Below, in pieces: positions 56,191 through 64,000 of a DNA stretch of 64,000 bases (position 1 is its first letter; the number at the start of each line of letters is the position of its first letter). A model generated the notes under the pieces. The model saw only the letters and a list, made by a program, of their open reading frames with translations, did no database searches and was not told where the DNA came from. The stretch comes from Octopus vulgaris (lineage: Eukaryota), in contig OX597817.1 of the NCBI GenBank assembly GCA_951406725.2, positions 175,832,001-175,896,000 on the forward strand. The letters run 5' to 3'. Position numbers and translations under genes: made by a program.

Positions 56191-58317
56191 TGGAACTTAT
56201 ATATTAATTCAATCTATACTCTTACAAACGCTACACCTTTAAAAAGAAATGGACTTGTTTGATTGGCCCTTTAGAAAAAACGGTCAATCTTCGAGCGATA
56301 AACAAAAAGGTCAAAAATATATGTATATATATATAAAAAAACTTATAAAAATTATAAAATCCGAGGAAAAAATCGAGGAAAAAAACCTATTGCCGTTAAT
56401 GAAGACAGTACAAATTAATGCATAGAAATTAAACCTGTTATAAATACTGCAATACATATTTATATTAAAATCCACATATATATATCAACATACACAAAAG
56501 GATGCGCGTAAACGCCATACATACATATACAGACGTATGAATATGAATCTAAATATACACATAAAAGCATGTGTACATATATTCACGCAAACCGTCTCGC
56601 ACGCAAGCTAAAATTCATCTATGTAGCAATTCTCATATACTGAGCAAGGAGGGGGAACGAAAGAAAGGGAAAGAGAGAAAAAGGAACGAAGGAGGGGTGG
56701 GGAAAAAACTTGTAACGATGTTATTGGCATCTATAGAGGCCAGTATACATACACAAGTTTGAATTGATAATATACATACCGTCGTGTATATGTGTGCTTA
56801 AGCACAAGCATACTTTCACTTACACATACACAGATACGCATGCTTACAAATACATATGCTTTGCTATACACATACTTATATAAACATTCTAATTTTGACA
56901 ACATTGCTTTTTTTAAAAAAAACATTGCTTTTAAAAAATGGGTGCATTAATAAAAATATATACGAAAGACATATAAAATAAAATATAACATCCTATTTTG
57001 GGTCATTTATAAATAATCAAGGTAATATAAATAATCAAGGTAATCCTATGCAATACAATAACATGAAAACAAAGTTTGTAGGTTTTTCCTAATATATATG
57101 TAGAAACAATAAGACTTTGCTATAGATCCGTCGTAGCGCTCAAGAGTCAAAATCAAAATCAAAAATCAAAATACAAAATATATACTCTATCCATATGGTA
57201 TATTTATATTCGACATTTTAAATTTAGCCGCGTGCCTACATAAGTTCATTAACTCACTTCTTTGATTCAAAGAATTATTGTCTTTGAATAAGATGTGCAT
57301 TTTCTCTAATAAGCAAAGTCTGCACTTGAAATTATATTTGTAAGCTCCATGTCTGTATGGTGCCGCCCTGTCCAGAATGCTCCATGTCACGTTGAAAGGA
57401 GGGGCTTCCTTTTCTTTTAGTTCCCAGACATATTTTGCTAGGCTGGTTTTCTTCCTATTCTCTGGGTATTTAAAAGAATTCTTATGAGAATAAAATCTTG
57501 TTTTAAATGAATTTTCTGAAGCCCCTGTGTATGTCTTGTATTCCGATGAGCCTTCCACTTGCACCTTGGCTCTATAAACTACTCCTTTCACTAGACATTT
57601 CCCTTCTAACGGACAGGAGCTTTCGTTTTTGAAATTACATTTCTTAATGGGCTCGGCACCATGTCTAATCTCAATTAGCTTCCTATTATGTTGGCTAATG
57701 TAAGAGGCGAAATTTCTGCAACAAGAATAGCTAACCTTCAGGGTTCTTCTATTAAATATTCTGTAGAATTTATGACCCTGCTTAAAATGCTTAGAGACTA
57801 ATCTCAAAAATTCCTTACCTATATTAGTCTTTACGGCCAAATTGAAAGCCGGGTTGAACCACAAAACTTTCCTGGTCCTAGTTCTTCGTGCAGCATTATT
57901 ATTAGCATTAAGCTGGTTGAACTGGAATATATGTACACATGCTTTTATGTGTATATTTAGATTCATATTCATACGTCTGTATATGTATGTATGGCGTTTA
58001 CGCGCATCCTTTTGTGTATGTTGATATATATATGTGGATTTTAATATAAATATGTATTGCAGTATTTATAACAGGTTTAATTTCTATGCATTAATTTGTA
58101 CTGTCTTCATTAACGGCAATAGGTTTTTTCCTCGGTTTTTTCCTCGGATTTTATAATTTTTATAAGTTTTTTTATATATATATACATATATTTTTGACCT
58201 TTTTGTTTATCGCTCGAAGATTGACCGTTTTTTCTAAAGGGCCAATCAAACAAGTCCATTTCTTTTTAAAGGTGTAGCGTTTGTAAGAGTATAGATTGAA
58301 TTAATATATAAGTTCCA

Positions 58318-58378
58318 TTCTAGCAAAAACTGTCTGATGAACGGCAACGAGAAACTCAGAGTAACAGATTTTGTTGAA
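58318..58378 (+). ncRNA. Minimal type I hammerhead ribozyme, inverted copy
   Basis: CTGATGA at 58334-58340, GAAAC at 58351, GTA at 58361-58363; identical to the minus-strand copy. Confidence 0.78.
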
Positions 58379-59469
58379 TTTTCTGCTGCTTAAAATAAAG
58401 TATATATATATATATACATATAAATATATACCGCATATGCTCGAGTAATAGTTGAAGACGCTTGTCTAAGGTGTTGCGCAGTAAAACTGAACCCGAAATC
58501 ACGCGCTTGTAAAACGAACTTCTTTACCACGTAGCTATGTCTGCGCCGAAGAATTTTGGGAATGTTCAGTAAAAATAAATAAATAAAATAACGAAATGTA
58601 GAATAGAATTCAATATTTATTTGTTTTGATATGAATAAATAAAAGCCATATTGGAAGCTTCTGCTTTCATGATGAGATAAAATGACAGTAGTCAGTACTT
58701 CATGATATAAACAAGAGATGTCAAAAGAATCGAATATATTCGAAATTATTCTAGCCATTTCCACGAATTAAAGACGATCGAAATTCATACACCGGTGTAT
58801 TTTTACTTATCTTTAATTGTATAATAAAATACATCAATAAATAGATATTCACAGAAGATAAAATTTGTGAAAAGATAGCTTTGAATCAATTGGTGAATAG
58901 ATGCTGTTTTGTTGTTTATCGACTACATTACTCTAGGTATTACGGATGAAAGAGCTGAATTAATGTGATAGTGATATTTAGAAAGATTTCAGGAACAAAA
59001 GCAACAAAAAACAAGTAGATGTACGATATAATTACTTTTGTGTAATGTAATGATAAACAGGAGAATTCAACATTTCGGATTGTGGTCCTTCGTCAAATAT
59101 GTAAGAGCTAAAGTCGTTTGATATAGTGTACTCCTGATTAGCAAAATTGCATTTTACTTAATCTGTATGACCGTAATTATTCCTAGTAATTATTGCATAA
59201 TTCAAAGTGTATGAAAATCTGACTCAGACTGATCGATGAAGAATATCAAAAGGAAGTGAATACTTTATGAGCAATAATGCAGATGGCTGCTATATATATA
59301 TATATATAAAAAGTGGCTTGGTCTGGATTTTGCGTACATTTAATTTGCGTATGCACATGCAAAACAGTGTAAATGAAGAACGTTTTATTCTTGTTATATT
59401 ACATATTCCATATATAAGATAAAACCTACTTGGAAGAGGATGCGTGGCATTTAATCCTATAATAATATA

Positions 59470-59528
<59 letters not shown>

Positions 59529-59749
59529 TACGTATATTTACATACTTACATCTATACGTATATATATGTGCATATGTGGGCACAGAACGTCACGAAACGT
59601 GTACAACAAAAAAGTACGAAGTACGAGTACATAGAACATGAACTATTCTTTCGAACAACAAAAGACACAGATGGAAAACAAAACAAACAACATAAAGGAC
59701 GACCCTTCGTCAATTGTTTGCTGTTTTTCTAGTCTCGTATTTCGAGCAC

Positions 59750-60603
59750 ACACCGTACTTCAATAGCTGCAGGAAGTGCAGATTATGCCTGGCTGAGAAG
59801 AGAGTGATTTTAAAAGATACCCAACGCCCAGATGTTTACCTGAATAGTAAGAGTGAGGTGGTTAATGCTTGCCCGCATGAAAGGAAGTACATTCTATCGC
59901 ACCTGCGCGCTCCACCATGACTGCAACCACAAGTTCCTTGCCTCGACCTTCTGCAAACGACCTTCCACCAATGCCCTTGAGCCCGACAAAAAGAGTTTTG
60001 ACCAAAGCACACACCAAGGCACCCATGTACACACATGCATACAATCCTATAAGGCGGATACCCCACAAACTAAACCAACCCGAATACATACTCTTTCACA
60101 TAAATTATACCCCAATATATATACACAGATCCCCCACGTATCGCACGCTAACATACCCTCCACACACACACATTACACACCGCACGCTAATAACCCCCAC
60201 ACACCACGGTTTTATGCTTTATAGAAAGAAAACAGACCAACGAACACAACTATATATACCTGTACCCCCGGAAAATATTATACATATGACATACCGCTAC
60301 ACATCCCCACAGGAGCACCACATTAATAATACACTTCCCCCACTTCAAGATAACTTTTGACGGCTTCACAGCATACCCAACCAAGTGTCATAACTCATAA
60401 ACTAATCTTCTGGCCTCTTTTCGTTCCATCACCTTTTTCACAGCAACCGTTGACCGGTTATACTAATCCACCTCCGACAATCGAGAGCAGTCGCTATATT
60501 CCGTTCTATAAATTCTGATGAGCGTGAAGTTATATAATCGGTTTGTTACCTAACATTCCATTGTATTCTTTATGCGAAACCGATTGATAAGGCCAGCCGT
60601 GAT

Positions 60604-60606
<3 letters not shown>
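59750..60606 (+). mobile_element. 3' fragment of a second GIY-YIG PLE with a degenerate hammerhead in its UTR (about 60510-60592)
   Basis: PYFNSCRKCRLCLAEK...LNSKSEVVNACPH matches the C-terminus of the 57187 ORF. The UTR has CTGATGA-gcgtgaag...ttttatgc-GAAAC-cg-ATT. Confidence 0.75.
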
Positions 60607-60636
<30 letters not shown>

Positions 60637-60638
60637 CA

Positions 60639-61175
60639 AATTAATAAATAAAACATATGCATATATACATACATATATGTACGTACTTACATCTACATTT
60701 ATATATACGTGCATATATGGGTACAGGACACCAAAAAAAAAACGTCGAACACAATGAGAAACGAAAACATAAACACAAAACCAAGGAAATGGACATTTTT
60801 CTTAAACATCGAAAAAATAGAGTACAGGACATACAAAACAAGGAAAATTCCCCTTCTTCAGTCGCCATTGTTTCATCTACTCCGCGTTACAGAGGCGACT
60901 GAAGAAGGAGAATTTTCCTTGTATTGTATGTCCTGTACTCTATTTTTTTCGATGTTTAAGAAAAATGTCCATTTCCTTGGTTTTGTGTTTATGCTTTCGT
61001 TTCTCATTGTGTTCGACGTTTTTTTTTTGGTGTCCTGTACCCATATATGCATGTATATATACATGTAGACGTAGGTACGTACATATATGTATGTATATAT
61101 GCATATGTTTTATTTATTAATTAATTTATTATATGACAGAACGCACGCATCCATTTCTAAGTAAGTTTTATCTTA
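60639..61175 (+). repeat. Fold-back insertion: ~228-bp inverted arms (60639-60866 / 60894-61122) plus a ~53-nt unduplicated tail
   Basis: Arms read directly; same family and terminus as 9499-9778. Confidence 0.9.
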
Positions 61176-61189
61176 ATATATATATATAT

Positions 61190-64000
61190 GTTACGAAAAG
61201 AAAATATAAAATACACGTGGAAATGTAAGGGTAAAATATGAAAAATCAACGAAAATGCATATTGCAGATAGAAAAAGGCTATTTATGACAGGTAGTGACA
61301 AATATATACTTTAGATTGACTGAGGTAGTAATACGAGTCATAAAGGTCATTATTATGAGATGATTATAATAATAAAGTAAGAGGACAAAACGAACCAATT
61401 GGTTTACGCGAAGAGAAAAAAGATTATTTGTAAGGGAGGTAAGTAGTTCTGGAATTAGAGATGTGAGTGATGTAGATAGTGTATAGGGTTTAGTGGTTTA
61501 AATTGAAGAGTTAGTGGTGTTCTGTATTGAGTTGTGTGTTCATATTTATTTGGGGGAGAAATTTGTTGATGAAAAATGCCTCTTTATTCAACCTTTGTTG
61601 CATTGTGGTGTTCTGTGAGCATTGGTAAAAGGGAAATATTTGGAAATTGAGATTAAGATTCCTGGCACATCTTTCTATGTGTTCACTCACCTTTAACTGT
61701 CTGTATTGTGGGTGACGGATTTGCTCTTTGTGAAGGGTGATTCTTTGACGGAGCGAAATTCCTGTTCGTCCAATATAGTGTTTACCACATTCTATGCATG
61801 TCATGACATAGATTACATTTGCTGAGGCGCAGGTGAAATTTGATTTGATTTTAAATATTTCTCCTTGTTTGAAGTGAAATTCTGAACCCTCCAGAAGGTG
61901 GGGGCATGTTCCACAGTTAGAACGTCCACATTTTGTCACTTTTGGCTCAGTAGTTAGTGAGTAAAGTCTAGCGCTGGTTAATATTCTTTTCAGTGACTTC
62001 GGTTGCTTTTTGCTTTTTATAATTTTATATGAGCTTAAAATTTCGTTCATTGTTTTGTCTGCTGTGAGGATGGTGAGGTTTTGGGTGATGATGTTGAAGG
62101 CTTCGTTATTTCTGGGGTTATGTGTGGAGATGTACGGGAGTATTTTTAAGTCTTGCTTAGTATTTCGGCTAGTTTTCCTTAATCTTTGTATATCTATTCC
62201 CTTAGCTCTTTTGATGCCCTCATTTACTAATGAGATTGGGTAGTGTCTTTTAGTTAGTGTAGATCTAAGTTCAAGGAGTCTATGTTCACGAGTGTACGTA
62301 TCGGAAACTATGGTGCAGATTCTTTTAGCTAGGTTAAAGGGTATGTTGATTTTTATGTGTTTGGGGTGGCAGGAGTTAAATAATAGGTATTGTTTAGAAT
62401 CTGTGGGTTTATAAAGATGTCTGTTTCTATGTGGTTGTTAACTATTCTAATTAAGATGTCTAGAAAAGGTAGTTGCTTACTGTTGTGTTCCATAGTGAAT
62501 TGTATATTGCTGTGTATGTTGTTGAGCATTCTTTTGAAATCAAGGAGTTGATCCATTGCCAAAGTATGAAGCAATCATCTAAATATCTCTTCCATTTCTC
62601 CTTTAAGTAGCAATTGAAAGAGGCGCCATATTTTTCTAGTGATGATTGGTATAATTTAAGTTCGTGGTAACACATTACGAGGTTTGCAATCACTGGAGCA
62701 GCTCTGGTCCCCATTGCAATTCCGCATTCTGTCGATAGTAAGTAGTATCGAACAATAAATGATTGTTCAACAGGACGAATTTCAGTTCTTCAATTATAAA
62801 ATTGTGGTTAATTCGTCCTGGGATCTCTTCTGGGTGTTTTTCTAGCCAAAATGTGATTGTTTCTATACCATAGTCGTGTGGGATATTAGTGTATAGATTC
62901 TCCACATCGATTCACCAGTAGAGTTCTGTCCTTTACTGTCTTCGGGAGGTGGTTCAGCATGTCTAGGTCATCCCTGATATAGCTTTTCACATATTTTAAA
63001 AGAGGTTTGAGTAATATGTCAAGGAAGTTACTCAAACGGTGGGTTTCGCAAGGGCCAGCTATGATGGGTCTGAGTTTGAGGTCAATAGGTGGAGGGACAT
63101 TAATGCATAGGCTTGTAGAGACTTTGCAGGCTTCACAAATGAGTGGATTTTTATGTATTTTGGGTAATCCGTACAATAGACTAGGACTGTATTTGAAATT
63201 GGATAAATAGTCTATTTCAAGTTTAGTGAGACCCTTTCCATGAATGTGGAGCAAGGGGGATAAGTTTTTCAGTGTTTTCTGTGGGTTGTAATATGTTAGT
63301 TTCTCATAGTAAGTATTATTTTCCAACATGGAATGTATTAAATTTTTGTAGTACTCTGTATCCATCAAAACTACCACACTTTCTTTGTCGGCTTCTTTAA
63401 TAGTGAGGTTTATGTCATTTTTTAGCTCGACAAGGTCTTTCCATTCGTTTAAAATAAGGTTGGATTTGATATGTTGTTTTGGAATGGTATTGTAAGGAAA
63501 ACAAGTTATGTGATCACAGAAAACATCAAGTGCTTTATTTCTACATTTTGTAGGATGGTACTCACTTTTGTTTTTCACTATTGAGTCATCTTCACTGGTA
63601 TAGTTGTGAAGAGCTTCTGTGTGGCGTAATTTACGGCAGAAGTCCAAAGTATTGTCCTTAATTTCATTTGGGTTCGATCTGCGGTGGGTAGGGGTAAATT
63701 TTAGACCTCTTGCTAGGATTTTGATTTGTGTAGAACTCGGGATTTTCTTTGACAGGTTGATTATTTTCGGTTGGACTTGTTTATTTGTTTCCATTTCACA
63801 TTTCTGTTTCTCTGGTTTGCGTCTAAAAAATGGTTGTAGTATGTGGATTGTAGTGGAAGGTCTGTATTTTGTTTGGTTTGCTGAGGGAAAGGTGGGTGTA
63901 AATTGTGTCTATGGTAGTATGTTTGTGGTGGAGTGGTTGTGTAGTGTACTGGATTATGGTTGTACTGAGGATTGTTATATCGTCTGTGGCTGATGTAGTC
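61190..64000 (-). mobile_element. Penelope-like retroelement (RT plus C-terminal GIY-YIG), frameshifted, running off the right edge
   Basis: IINLS, LARGLKFTP, EADK, YGLPKIHK, LRPII, LYTNIP, MGT.AAP..ANL, RYLDD, FTME..LPFLD; Cys linker CGRSNCGTC; NVIY..C..C..HYIG.T (61511-62050). Confidence 0.95.

Larger units (their letters stand above)
56037..58400 (-). mobile_element. 5'-truncated Penelope-like element with an inverted pseudo-LTR: GIY-YIG fragment, 3' UTR with hammerhead, and inverted UTR copy at the 5' end
   Basis: ORF part 57925-57187 has WFNP, GVVY...YTG, FKTRF..H, CRLCLLEK and LN.RSE..CRH. Arms 56108-56584 and 57925-58400 differ at about 2 positions. TA repeats on both sides. Confidence 0.92.

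Overview
AT-rich, repeat-saturated eukaryotic DNA. The repeat types (tRNA-derived SINEs, CR1-type, RTE and Dong/R4 LINEs, Penelope-like elements, decayed Tc1/mariner and hAT transposons, very dense TA/CA/TAA microsatellites) suggest an octopod cephalopod genome; this is inference from repeat recognition. Most ORF-track entries are microsatellite artefacts. The only host coding sequence I can support is an 84-bp first coding exon of a TspanC8-type tetraspanin (minus strand, 3552-3635), which the ORF track misses; the rest of the gene runs off the left edge. The most notable structure is a set of TA-flanked Penelope-like (PLE) insertions. One carries a minimal hammerhead ribozyme in two near-identical 476-bp inverted arms around a GIY-YIG fragment. 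Several unrelated short elements place degenerate hammerhead cores about 90-110 nt from their TA junction. The terminal tail of the PLE also occurs alone twice. Four fold-back insertions share the layout inverted copy / arm / unduplicated tail / (TA)n. Two Dong/R4 fragments lie inside very long (TAA)n arrays. All coordinates and alignments were read by eye and may be off by a few bases.
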